A stretch of 63,066 nucleotides of DNA, counting the filler, from Octopus bimaculoides (lineage: Eukaryota): the NCBI RefSeq assembly GCF_001194135.2. It is 4 parts of 4 records of this genome, joined end to end, with 100 filler letters (N's around TTAATTAATTAA, not from the genome) between each part and the next. Parts side by side here need not be neighbours in the genome. Positions count along the whole stretch, not along the records: positions 28,327 to 46,964 come from NC_068986.1; positions 47,065 to 63,066 come from NC_068992.1; 2 more parts are not named here. One strand, 5' to 3'. Below are positions 39,760 through 52,790 of the stretch, piece after piece. Made by a program: the position numbers and the translations under genes. Each line of letters begins with the position of its first letter. The stretch's first letter is position 1. The notes beneath the pieces are model-generated. The model was given only the letters and a program-made list of their open reading frames with translations, had not been told where the DNA came from and made no database searches.

Positions 39760-40090
39760 AAGTCTTCCATAGTTTTACTGTTCCGCTAACAAATTGTATT
39801 TATAATAAGCTAATCAGCTGTTGATTTCTTTTCCTGAAAATCCAAGCTTATCCAGACTGACAGTCAGGCATTTACTTACAAAACCAAGTGCTCCAATTAT
39901 TATTAGTATAAATGCAAGTTTCAAATCTAGATATAGAAGCTGGTGGTTTCGAAGATGTTTGATTTTCAAAGAGATATTTACATCAGCAGGACAGCTGACC
40001 TCTATGTCGGTCCATACTTTTTTCTTGTCTATCCCAGTCAACAATATCCGGCTTGTAATGCTTACATTTGACATGTTTTTTATAGAAATG
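39760..40090 (-). mobile_element. 3' end (restriction-like endonuclease domain) of R4/NeSL-type LINE
   Basis: KCKHYKPDIVDWD..(frameshift)..DIEVSCPADVNISLK..IIIGALGFV..SGTVKLWKT contains the PD..(D/E) RLE motif. Confidence 0.7.
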
Positions 40091-40449
40091 CTACTCTAGT
40101 ATTCTTTGTATTGATATTTGTATACATATTCAATAACAAGGAGATTCTCTATATTTATTCCAGGACAGTCTTTTTTCCGAATGTATGTATGTGTGCACGT
40201 ATGTATGTATGTATGCATGCATGAATGTATATGCATGTATGTCATTATTCAGTTTTATTTCAAGATTTCTTGCCGATAGAGGAGCCGGTTTCTAACCTGG
40301 ATCCAAGGCTCCTTCATTGGAATTTCAACATCAACGGGGTATTTTGTATGTATGTATGCCTACGTGTAGATAAGATTTGTAGGTTTTGTTTTATGTATGT
40401 ATTCTCATGCATATAGTTGCATGGCTACACATGCTCATATATACTTAAA

Positions 40450-40610
40450 TGAACTTCTGGGAAGTTTTACAGATTTTTACAGTTCCAGTGATGGCTTGAA
40501 TCTGTAGACTTCGAATCAGCTTTCTCCTTTCTGGTTTTGAGAAGCTGCATTTAGGCAGTGTGTTACAAATCCCAGTGCTCCAACAGCTCCAAGTATAAAC
40601 CAGAACTTGT
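40450..40610 (-). mobile_element. Second 3' terminal fragment of the same RLE LINE family
   Basis: GAVGALGFVT...RKLIRSLQIQAITGTVKICKT is paralogous to the C-terminus at 39760-39900. Confidence 0.6.
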
Positions 40611-40702
40611 AATCTGTATATATGTATGTATGGCGTGTTCCTTATTTGAAAAAGAAATTCATGTAATTAAAAGAAGAAAGGAGATAATAAACATATGTAA
40701 AG

Positions 40703-40762
<60 letters not shown>

Positions 40763-41904
40763 GGTATAATGTGATTGAGAGACATGAAAATGTCAGGTAA
40801 TTCTAAATAGATGGTAAGACTATTTCTTCGGGCTAATGTATAAGGAAAATATTTATATTTCAAATTCATTCCGTTGATTAAAGAAAAGAAAAAACAAAGC
40901 TTTTTCCACCGAAACATTTCGTGTACATACTATCATGTATTATTCGTCACTCTGATGTATTATTCGTCAGACTGGAACACAGCACTGATATATGCTGTGT
41001 TTTAATAATGTGTATGCATGAGAGGGTAGTCTTTTTTGGTGCTGTTGCTTATTTAATCCCCAATCAGCGATGATTGAGCAGACCTATGATCAATGATTAT
41101 TTATCCGTGGCCATGAAATCGCTTTAAAAGTATATCTAGGACTATAATATCCAATGGATCCTCAGGTTCTTTTTTTCTAAGACAATCAGGTGTACTTAGG
41201 GATATTTAGCTATTCTTTCTCACAGACCAAGCGAACACCAAACAGAGACACTCCTCGACTCACGTATAAGTGGATGATGTAATAGAAGTGTGTCTGTGAG
41301 ATGTATGTTTATACTTTTGAGTGTATAGGTGAAGGAATGTTCGCCGAAGATATCAGATCTTCACACAGAATTATACTTGAATAAACACCGTAGCTCTTGT
41401 AGTATCATTTACAGAATCTAAACTAAAAGAATCCACGCTATTATCAAATTTCTTAAAAAACAGATATATCCACAAAGCATCATTGCCGAGATAATGAGAT
41501 ATGAAAAAACACCAATATACTAACAACAAACAGCAACAATCAGCTGCTAATTGCTTTCTCTCTTTTTTTTTCTCTCTATAATTATCAAAACAACTTGTGA
41601 TCCCTATTCTTATCACAATCAAAACTGGTTGAACACAAATACAATCAAACACCAATAACAGACTTATATAGTGATGGCACTTGAAATAACACATCTACGA
41701 ACCACCATGATCAATTAATCGATTTTGCATACTATCGGAATTTGTGTGGCTGGTGCATTATGGTAATAGATTTATCCTGTTGACAGTTTAAAGGGAACTC
41801 GAATTTCATTTCTTTACATGATTTCGTAACATTTACAAATAAACCTTACAAACCAATCGATTGTGTTATTGGAACAAAAACTTTGCTCCTTCATAAGTAA
41901 AATG

Positions 41905-42114
41905 TTTCTTCTTCTTCTTCTTCTTCTTCTTCTTCTTCTTCTTCTTCTTCTTCTTCTTCTTCTTCTCTTTCTTTCTTTCTCTCTCTTCATCTAGCTATCT
42001 CTTTTCTCTTTATCTATCTATCTATTGATCTATCTATTTACCTATCTCTTTTATTCTCCCTCTTTCTCTCCTTCTATCCTTCCCTCCCTTTCTCTCTTTT
42101 TCTTTCTCTCTCTT

Positions 42115-42165
<51 letters not shown>

Positions 42166-42166
42166 A
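41905..42166 (+). repeat. (CTT)n, pyrimidine tract, (CT)n(CA)n
   Basis: Read directly. Confidence 0.95.
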
Positions 42167-42813
42167 CGAACAATCCTTAATGTCGTTTGAAGCTACTTTT
42201 GTAAACAATTTCAAGATACTTAAATTGTAAAGACTTGCTTTCATGTTAGTATTTCTATGTGGCTGATGTAAACTTCTTATAAGCTATATTAAATTCTATT
42301 TCTCAATCAAAATTATATGTGTGATAGAAACTTGTGTAAATTTAGGATTGTTAAACATAACTAGTTTCTTAATTTTCTTTATTTACTTACATACATTGAT
42401 AAATGCTAGCAAATAACAAAAGTGGTACTCGACTGAAAAGTGTTTCAAATTCATTGCTGTCATCTTTCTTTCTTTTATATAACCAAAATGATGTTGTGTT
42501 ACAACATACAAGCAAATAATTCCCTTTGAAGTAAAAGTTCCCTTAATCCTGCTACTCTGCCTAAACTAATATAATCTTGAATCATATGTATCCAGACTAA
42601 ATTTTAGAGATTCTCATAAACTTTTATTAGTAATAGTAGCATTACGAGATCCTTATACAGACATGTATAAAGATATAGATAATGAGGGTAAGTGAATATA
42701 TATAAGCTTCTGGGAAGGTAGAAAGGTGACTCATTTCCAAAGCAGCACTGACATCGAGCTTTAGTTTATCCACACTGTCGGATTTCAGTCACATTTCAAT
42801 ATTCTTCAGGTGT

Positions 42814-43112
42814 AAGGCGGCGATCTGGCAGAAACGTTAGCACGTCAGGCGAAATGCTTAGCCGTATTTCGTCTGCCGTTAGGTTCTGAGTTCAAATTCC
42901 GCCGATGTCGACTTTGCCTTTCATCCTTTCGGGGTCGATAAATTCAGTACCAGTTACGCACTGGGGTCGATGTAAATGACTTATCCCTTTGTCTGTCCTT
43001 GTTTGTCCCCTCTATGTCTAGCCCCTTTTGGGCAATAAAGAAATTAAAAAAACTTAGCAGGCAGGGCGAAATGCTTAGCGGTATTTCGTCTGCCGTTACG
43101 TTCTGAGTTCAA
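42814..43112 (+). mobile_element. SINE family B (long-tail variant) plus partial second head abutting the CR1 fragment
   Basis: Full head and core, tail TTTGTCTGTCCTTGTTTGTCCCC, then a second GGCGAAATGCTTAGC. Confidence 0.85.
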
Positions 43113-43610
43113 CTTCCACACTTCGAATACTGTTTCCCCCTGTGGTCTCTCCATACAAAACAAAACATCTCGAAAATCGAATCACCCCAGAGGTCATTCA
43201 CTAAAAAAATTAAGACCATGACAGATCTAGATTATTGGGACCGCTTTAAAGTAATGCAACTCCATTCTTTCCAGCGCCGCCGTGAGCGATACATCATTTG
43301 CACGATGTGGAGAGAATACCACCAGCATTGCCAAAACGACCTCAACATTAGCTGCAAAAGTCATCCAAGGCCAGGACCACGGGTCATAGTCAGCTACCCA
43401 ATTCAGGATCATAACATATAACGACACTGCAACACTTCTTTTCCTAAACAGGCCCTGCCCTATTTAACATAGTCCCGAAACAGATCAAGGAGGAAAAGGG
43501 TCCCATCACCTTTAAACGGAATCTGGACAAATTTCTTCCAGGAATACCGAATTAGCCACTTATTCCGGGATACAACTCACTTAACAAGAACTCCCTACTC
43601 GAGTGGACCA
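43113..43610 (+). mobile_element. CR1/L2-type LINE 3' fragment (RT C-terminus)
   Basis: LPHFEYCFPLWSLHTKQNISKIESPQRSFTKKIKTMTDLDYWDRFKVMQLHSFQRRRERY matches the PHLEYC..WSP...E..QR..T and Y.ERL..L.L.SL.RRR signature. Confidence 0.85.
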
Positions 43611-43656
43611 TGATACCACAAAACTATATATATAGTATATATATACAGCATATACA

Positions 43657-43688
<32 letters not shown>

Positions 43689-44044
43689 NNNNNNNNNNNN
43701 NNNNNNNNNNNNNNNNNNNNNNNNNNNNNNNNNNNNNNNNNNNNNNNNNNNNNNNNNNNNNNNNNNNNNNNNNNNNNNNNNNNNNNNNNNNNNNNNNNNN
43801 NNNNNNNNNNNNNNNNNNNNNNNNNNNNNNNNNNNNNNNNNNNNNNNNNNNNNNNNNNNNNNNNNNNNNNNNNNNNNNNNNNNNNNNNNNNNNNNNNNNN
43901 NNNNNNNNNNNNNNNNNNNNNNNNNNNNNNNNNNNNNNNNNNNNNNNNNNNNNNNNNNNNNNNNNNNNNNNNNNNNNNNNNNNNNNNNNNNNNNNNNNNN
44001 NNNNNNNNNNNNNNNNNNNNNNNNNNNNNNNNNNNNNNNNNNNN

Positions 44045-44065
44045 TATATATATATATTATATATG

Positions 44066-44109
<44 letters not shown>

Positions 44110-44223
44110 TATATATATATATATATAGCATGTATATATACAGTTTATATAGTATATATATATAGCATATATATATATATACAGTATATGTAGTATATAT
44201 ATATACTATATATATATATATAC

Positions 44224-44254
<31 letters not shown>

Positions 44255-44330
44255 TATATATATACAGTATATATATATAGTATATATATATATATAGATA
44301 GTATATAGTGTATATATATAGATATACTAT

Positions 44331-44394
<64 letters not shown>
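44045..44394 (+). repeat. (TA)n-derived tract and (TAGA)n
   Basis: Read directly. Confidence 0.95.
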
Positions 44395-44395
<1 letters not shown>

Positions 44396-44892
44396 CCAAC
44401 TCAAGAAATCTTGCTATAAATATCAGTGCCCATTAAATTTTTAAAGGAGAAAAACTAAGTCGCAATAAAATTAAACGAAAAATAGAAGGAATCCATATAG
44501 CCCTCCATCTATTTTTACCTAGTTATCCAGATATCTATAACCATTTTGTTCATCAGTTCGTTTGTTTTTTCATGTGAGTTAGACATAATATGTATAACAG
44601 ATCAGCTATAACCAACTGTATACCTTCATATTTTTTCTTGTTCTATTAGCAAACCATATTTTAAACTGCAAAACTCTTCAACCACGGAATTATGCCAGTC
44701 AGACTTACATATTCCTTAAAAAAAAAAACTACGAATGAAAAAGAATTATTTCCAATAATGTAAAATTTATTTATAAAAAAAATCAAATTCTAGATTTTCA
44801 CAGTTCATTTTTTAGTTCTACTTAAAAATGTTTCAACAAAAAACATTTAAATGTACAAGTATACATACATACATATATATATNNNNNNNNNN

Positions 44893-44928
<36 letters not shown>

Positions 44929-45876
44929 TGTATACGTGCATACACATGCAGACACAATTTTGCAAATCCTACGAAGCCATCACCACCACCACCACCATCT
45001 CATGGACATGAATGACGACTGAATCATAGAGTCTACAGAACATTATAATCATCGATGTTCAAATTGATACTTTGGCGGTAAAGTGTATAGGAATTTGATT
45101 TTTTTATGTGGTCTTATTTTTACTTTAAGAGTCTTCGTGGTAGTCGAGAATATTGATTTGTTGCATAATAAATATAATTTATGGCTTTAAAATATTAATA
45201 AACGCTACATTGCTTTACTTTCTCTTTATTCTATAGCTCTTCGTATTCCATCATTTTCATAGTTTTTGGCGCTTTTTTATTTCATTTCTATTAAGTATTT
45301 ATTTATTCTTTTATATTTGCTTTCTAATTTCTTTCTCTGTTGTAAGATATTTTTGTTCTTGCTTAAAGATGGTACTTTTTTTTTTATCTCAATGTACGAC
45401 TGCTGGTTATTTCAATATATTCTCTTCGTATATTTTGTCGTTTTATTTTTGTATTCAGCAGGGAAGGTCTTGAGGTGTTTCCAGTTTTTATTTAAACTCT
45501 TCTTTTTTCTTTTGCATTTTTACTGGTCTTTTTCGTACCAATTCTTTCACTACATCTTCTAAAATCTCCAGTACTTAATTTTATATATTTTCATTTTCTC
45601 TTCTCTCTATAAATTTATCGTTATAAATTTATCGTTTAGTCAGAGAAAGTAGGCCAGCGGCCATAACAATTTTTTCAAAATCTTTGAGATTAGTGAGAGG
45701 AAAGGAGGAAGTTATTTTCAAGACCAGAGACCAAGCCAAAGTAATAGTGACACGCATACACACAGATATGTTCATGTGTGTGTGTTTGTGTGCGTGCGTA
45801 TATGTACGTGTAGGTGTGTATGTACGTGTGTGCTATTATATGTTATATTATAGTACACATGTACATACACACGTGA

Positions 45877-45912
<36 letters not shown>

Positions 45913-46034
45913 CGTTTTGAATATGCAAATAAAGGTCCTATTTCTTTATGCGGGCCACAGTCTAATGATGCTGGCTGGTGAACCAACTTTTGAAGGTTAC
46001 ATAAAGTTGTACTGGTAGAATGTAGGATAAATAG

Positions 46035-46082
<48 letters not shown>

Positions 46083-46085
46083 GAC

Positions 46086-46142
<57 letters not shown>

Positions 46143-46639
46143 TGCATGTATATATAATGAGTATGGAGGTGTATGTTATTGTTTGGTTGAGTTAAACTAC
46201 TTGGCATTCTGTTTGATCATTGTTAATCTCCAACTGATTGTCTTGTGAGAGGAAGTAGGCGTAATTATCATTGTCTACTAAAATAAATGCAAAGACTAAG
46301 TGAGATTTTGACAAGACTTATGTATATCTCAAGTGTAATGAAGCTCCCAAGATATGACAATGCGTTAATAAACAAGCCTTAACAGAAAGAAATACGAGTA
46401 ACAAACAACTTAACAGTGACAAGTGAAAATTTACATACGTGAATACATTTGATATAATTCCTACATATGTTTCAAAATATATGTGCACTCTACTCCAAAG
46501 AAGTAAGAGTTTCTGGAATTCCACATATATTCATCGTAAGGGAACCAACATATAGAAGCACAGCAAATGCGAAATGATAAGGTAACTTATATTCTTCTTC
46601 GCCATTTTTTTAAAGCCTAGCCAGGCTCATGGGCCTGGT

Positions 46640-46740
46640 TTCCGGGACGCCAGTCCATCACAGCGTTACTCAAGAAACAGGAAGAAAGAGTGAGAGAAAG
46701 TTGGAGCGAAAGAGTACAACAGAAGTCGCCCCCCCCCCAC
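46640..46740 (-). mobile_element. SINE family C, 3' fragment
   Basis: CAAGAAACAGGAAGAAAGAGTGAGAGAAAGTTGG. Confidence 0.7.
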
Positions 46741-46964
46741 TGATGAACTACGGATGATAAATTAATTTTCATTTGCTCATTAATAGGGAAACAAGATTAT
46801 CGAATTAACTAATAACTTTTGTTTCTATTCATTCCAGTATCATTATCGGCGTGCCTTTAGAATTATTCTTTGCGTGAATTGAGTTTAACTGCCCTTTTTA
46901 GCATGTAAGAAATCCTGTGAAGGGTCTTCTCCCTGAGTATAAACCTTTATACACGCTTATATAT

Positions 46965-47064
46965 NNNNNNNNNNNNNNNNNNNNNNNNNNNNNNNNNNNN
47001 NNNNNNNNTTAATTAATTAANNNNNNNNNNNNNNNNNNNNNNNNNNNNNNNNNNNNNNNNNNNN
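46965..47064. other. Artificial scaffold linker
   Basis: TTAATTAATTAA at 47009-47020 inside an N run. Confidence 0.9.
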
Positions 47065-47477
47065 ATATATATATATATATAAATCTTTTAATGATTAGAC
47101 AGAGGTCCAATAGAATAGCTCTCACAAACAGACTACGTACAAATTCTTTCTTCACAACTCCTGAAGCCATTTTCTGACAGGAGAAGGTGAAATCTTCATA
47201 CAGCTGGAGGCTCCAATCGAAACGGGACACAAAATTAACAGGTTGAGAAATGCTGTTATAGACTATGCCTAACCAAAAACAATCACAGCCACATCATCCA
47301 AACAGACCAGGTGAAACCGGGTTTAGCTGCTTGTATGTATATACACATAAGTGTATATGTATATTTAGATAAAGATAGTTATGACCAGTTCATAGGGTTA
47401 CCCGGGGTTTCATGTTCATAAACTGCTTGGCTTTAGATACGTCTCATCAGACCCTAATAGTCGGTGAGATTCTTTCA

Positions 47478-47615
47478 GTTTCCATCTACCAAATCCACTC
47501 ACAAGGCTTTGGTTGGCCCAAGGCTATAGTAGAAGACACCTGCCCCTAAAATGCCACACAGAAGAACTGAACCTGGAATCATGTGGTTGGGAAGCAAGCT
47601 TCTTACAACACATCT
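47478..47615 (-). mobile_element. SINE family A, 5' half
   Basis: Reverse complement match to the family A head. Confidence 0.75.
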
Positions 47616-48337
47616 ACCCCTGCACTTTTGGCAAAATTGCGTTGGGTTAAGGAAAATCCAACATCTTAGACACAGCTCTTCTTCAGGGAAAATTTGACAG
47701 GAGCAAAATTAATGAGTCAGCAGTTTTATGTCCTCTAAGTTAGAAAAACTGGTTGCAACTGGTAAGAAGTGGACATAATTATATGATACACCATGGATCA
47801 ATAAGGTTCTGGGCAATCTTGGTTGGGAAATGCTGCTTTACATGGTCTCCCAACAGGCTAGAAATAGCAGCTAAGTCCCTTTACTTTCATTAAAGAGTGT
47901 ATCATGTATCGGGTAATGTTGGTCTGAGATAACCTATAACTGAATAAGCTTTTTATCATAGACTTGCTTGAATCAAGAGTTACCTGGAGATAAGCAGCAA
48001 CAACAACAAAAATAATAAAACTAATGAGAGAGCCTCTATGTGGTCATTGAACCCTGCTTAAAATAGAACCCAAATTTTCCTCATATAATACCTTACTGTT
48101 TTACTAAAAAAATGAAAAAAAATAATCTAGGACACATTGGATGATATGAGTCTTAGATAGACGATGTCTGAACAAAATATGGTATTGTTCTCAGCCGGAA
48201 TGTCTTTCGTTGTATAGGTCTGCTCTATTAGGGTTAGGGTTAGGGAAGCAGCAGCAGCAAAGTTTTCTTGTAGTGTATTGTATTGAGTGCAAACTTGTAC
48301 TAATACACAACACATACACTCATTCTGCTGGTGCTGT

Positions 48338-48391
<54 letters not shown>

Positions 48392-48556
48392 ACCGCCACC
48401 GCCACCACTACTACTACTACACACACGATACACATACATGCTAATACAGATAAGTTGGTACATACATACACACTAATATAAAGAGGATATGTGAATTTCA
48501 GTACATACATGCATACAGATGGCGTGATATATCATTAGTGTGTATACGTGTTAGTA

Positions 48557-48557
<1 letters not shown>

Positions 48558-48601
<44 letters not shown>

Positions 48602-49354
48602 CTATAGACACACACACACACACACACATATGTCTATAGACACACGCACCCATGTATATTGACACACACAAACATATGTATAGCGATACACATACACACA
48701 TATCTATATACAATATAGACACATCTATATACAATATAGACACATCTATATACAATATAGACACACACACACACAAATACACACACTTATATAGACACAT
48801 AGACACATATGTATATAAACATACACACACATTTATATAAACGTATACACACACACATATATATATATATAGACACACACACATGTATTTCTTTATTGCC
48901 CACAGGGGGCTAAACATAGAGGGGACAAACGAGGACAGACAAAGGGATTAAGTTAACTGGTACTTATTTAATCGACCCCCNNNNNNNNNNNNNNNNNNNN
49001 NNNNNNNNNNNNNNNNNNNNNNNNNNNNNNNNNNNNNNNNNNGAAAGGATGAAAGGCAAAGTTGACCTTGGTGGAATTTGAGCTCAGAACATAGCAGCAG
49101 GTGAAATACCACTAAGCATTTCGCCCTGCTTGCTAAGGATTCTGCCATAGATACACACACATGTATATAGACACACACACACACACACACATTATATTGA
49201 CACACATATGTATAGCGATACACATACACACATATCTATATACAATATAGACACACACACACACACACAAACACACAAATACACACACACGCACACACTT
49301 ATATAGACACAAAGACACATATGTATATAAACATACACACACGCATGTATATAA

Positions 49355-49389
<35 letters not shown>

Positions 49390-49580
49390 GACACACACAT
49401 ATGTATATAGACACACACACACACATGTCTATAGACACACACATGTCTATAGACACACACACACATGTATATAGACACACATACATATGTATATAGACAC
49501 ACACACAAACACACATACATATATATAGGGACACACACACACATATATAGACACACACACACACACACACATACACGTGA
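48558..49580 (+). repeat. Compound (AC)/(AT)/TATAGAC satellite
   Basis: Repeated TCTATAGACACACAC-type units on both sides of a SINE. Confidence 0.85.
48885..49147 (-). mobile_element. SINE family B (long-tail variant), interrupted by a gap
   Basis: Reverse complement of the 42814 copy. Confidence 0.8.
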
Positions 49581-49825
49581 ACATGCAGTATATCATGTAT
49601 GACACAAGGTTAATTCTTTAACTATTAGTGCAAACATTGGGTTATTTGAGACTTTCTGACAGCTGCTCGTTCATTACAAACACTAAGTGTTTGCATCACA
49701 AAATGTCATAACCTTATATAAACAGCCCCTTAAGTATCTTTTATGTATTCAAAGGATTCTTATTTTTCCTTTTCTTTTATATATATATATCTGTTCTCAT
49801 AAGTTTAACATTGTCATGTGAACAA

Positions 49826-49994
49826 GACACAGGCATAGATGTGCGGTTTAGAAGCTGGCCTTGCAAGCATGTTGTTTTCGGTTCAGTTCCACTGTGTGTC
49901 ACCTTGTGAAAGTGTTACCTTGGGCAATTGCTTCAGGCTGACAAATACCATGTGAGTGAATTCGGTAGACAAAAACTGTATGGAAGCTCATCGC

Positions 49995-49995
<1 letters not shown>
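49826..49995 (+). mobile_element. SINE family A variant
   Basis: GGTTCAGTTCCACTG..CACCTTG..GGTAGAC..AAACTG. Confidence 0.6.
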
Positions 49996-50031
<36 letters not shown>

Positions 50032-50358
50032 CCTATCTAACTGTCTGCACTTATATATAGATAAGAATAAGGCCTCTAGGTTTAGAAGGTCCCTGAGTAA
50101 ATAAATGCACTGGACCCTTGAGTACTTATTGCTTGACAGCAAGCCACAACATACATAAATCAGCACTGGGCCCCTAAACCCACGAAACCCCTGGGACAAC
50201 TACCTTGTGTACCCATGCTTTACAATGGCACTGTCTATACCAAAGGCCTAACATTTATTCTCATTCGATTTTTTAAATATTTTTGTCTTTGGTCAAAATA
50301 CTGAAAGCTGTCTTTTTTCAATAGTCTTTCAATGTTTGGCAATTTTCATCTCTCTCCC

Positions 50359-50392
<34 letters not shown>

Positions 50393-50534
50393 CCCCTCTC
50401 ACTTTATCCAATGTTCTTAAAATCTTATAATTCCAATAGGAATTGTTTTCTATCTATATCTTCTATTTTCATGTTTATTTTATAGTCCAACCCATGCCAG
50501 CATGGAAAACGGATGTTAAATGATAATGATAATA

Positions 50535-50573
<39 letters not shown>

Positions 50574-50914
50574 TCGTCACTTTTTTTCTCTTTTCTGTTT
50601 TTTAAAAAAAAATTAATTTTGTTTGCTTTAAATAATCTTTGGATGAATGGGATTGGTGGTTTCTTCTGTTCCACAACTGGCACTTTGTCATGTCTATATC
50701 TCTTGTCCAAGACTCTTAGATGTCAATGAGTTTAATTTCATAAACTCAGTGACTCATGAAAAGCACTTTTATGGCAACAGTGCAAAGCATTGTCACAAAC
50801 TTCTCTTTCTGCTGTCGTTCTAACCTGACCAAAAACCGTTTTTAAAACATGGTCTTTTATATTTTTTTATGTCCACTTTTTTTATGCTGGCATGGATTAA
50901 GCAATTAATGATGG

Positions 50915-50949
<35 letters not shown>

Positions 50950-51180
50950 CTGCTACTACTACTACTACTACTACTGCTACTATTACTACTGCTACTACTA
51001 CTACTGCTACTACTACTACTAATAAAAATATCGATAATAATTTTTTATATTGACACAAATTTTAGAAGGCTGGGCACAGTTAATTAGATTGCTCATAATG
51101 AACTTTCCATAGGATAGAACACGAAGTTGGTGTGTGTGGAATTTAAACTCAGAAGGTCAAAAGATGTAATTAAAAGCATT

Positions 51181-51790
51181 GGATCTTTTTTAAAACGGGG
51201 GCCACATTTTTCATTAACGAAACACTTTGAAACTTGGAACACTGGTAGAATGTGTCATATAAAACATCTTTTTCTCTTAGTCTTCTTAAAAAAAAAAGAA
51301 ATCCATAAGTTATTCCATGTTAAAGTTGTCGTATTTCTGTAATTTCAACCAATCACTGACGTCCATTCAGCCGATATACATTAAGTGCCGACTACATAAA
51401 CAAACGATTCTGAAACAATTAACCCTAACCCTAACCCTAACCCTAACCCTAGGGTTAGGGTTAGGGTTAGGGTTAGGGTTAGGGTTAGGGTTAGGGTTAA
51501 AGCAAATTTAAAATGAAAAAAGCAAATAAAACGAAGGTATGGAGATTAAATATGCTTTACATCGCTTAATCAGCCAAAGGAGTAAATGTAAACAACTGAA
51601 TACTTGTCAGTGATTGGTTGAAATTATCGAAATAAGACAATTTTTTACATGAAATAAATTCGAATACAAAAATATTTTTCTGTTCTATAACACAAAATAG
51701 ATAAGTATACGATGTTTGAAAGTCTTTCCGTACCAAAAACACTACGTAAAACATTAATGAAAAATGTGGCCCCCATTTTAAAATAGATCC
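51181..51790. mobile_element. Foldback/MITE-like DNA element with 37-bp TIRs, 8-bp TSD and central inverted telomeric repeats
   Basis: TIRs 51181-51217 and 51754-51790 (35/37 match). TSD AAAGCATT at 51173-51180 and 51791-51798. Inner inverted block with the perfect 21-mer TAATTTCAACCAATCACTGAC. Confidence 0.85.
51421..51498. repeat. Interstitial telomeric repeat, divergent: (AACCCT)5-(AGGGTT)8
   Basis: Read directly; junction CCCTAGGG at 51447-51454. Confidence 0.97.
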
Positions 51791-51974
51791 AAAGCATTTA
51801 TTCAGGAATCCTACTGTTTTTGAGACTCTGTTTCTACATTGTAGTTATTCTAGTCACTCTGGATATTATCTTACTTGTTTCAATTACGAAAATGTAGGTC
51901 ATAGTTACACACCAAGAAGTCTCAAATATTTACACTCCCCTCCATGTTTATGAATAATAATGATAATAATAATG

Positions 51975-52182
51975 AATGGTTTCAAATTTCGGTACAAGAC
52001 CAAAAATCTTGGGTGAGGAGTAAGCCGATTAGATTGACCCCAGTGCTCAACTGGTGCTTATTTTATCGACCCTGAAAGGATGATGGCTCAGTTGACCTCG
52101 GTAGAAATTGAACTCAGAATGTAAAGATGGGGGCGAAATACTGCTAAGCATGTTGACTGGTGTGCTAATGATTCTGCCAGCT
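51975..52182 (-). mobile_element. SINE family B
   Basis: Core and head reverse complement. Confidence 0.75.
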
Positions 52183-52219
52183 TAACAACTTAATAATGAT
52201 GATGATGATGATGATAATG

Positions 52220-52259
<40 letters not shown>

Positions 52260-52758
52260 CAACAACAATAATAATATTTTTAAAGGATTGACGTAACTCT
52301 TCGCAGAGGTAAACTGAGAAGACGAAGAGTGTGATGTGATTGCAATAGATATTTCACCGGTTGAATGATATTTCGACAGCAAGCCTGTCTTTGCTGAGTC
52401 CGAAATAAAAAAAAGGATAAAAATTCAAATTTCTATAATTTTGAATTTTTATGAATTTCTATCACTTCTTATTTTGAACTCAACAGGATACTTAGGGATA
52501 AACCTAGAATAGGATGGTTGGATTCTATCCATGGTCTTAGCTTGTATTGCTTGATAATTCAGTTGGAAAGTCTAATAATGTTTGCTTCTGGCAGGACTTT
52601 ATGGAGGAGGTACTTGAGTACTCTGTTCCCATGACCGTCCCCATAATTATCACGCAGGTTATGATAGATGGATGGATGGAAGGATACAAAGACAATAGCA
52701 AAGTTAGTGCTTTGTTGATGGTGAAAGCAAAGTTAGCAGTGGTGATGGTGCTTGTGAA

Positions 52759-52790
<32 letters not shown>

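Noticed and set aside
45200-45600. T-rich block possibly an antisense LINE relic
   Set aside because: No diagnostic motif could be read with confidence.
51421-51498. Ancestral telomere-telomere fusion site
   Set aside because: The orientation is CCCTAA then TTAGGG (opposite of a fusion), and the tract lies inside a TSD-flanked element.
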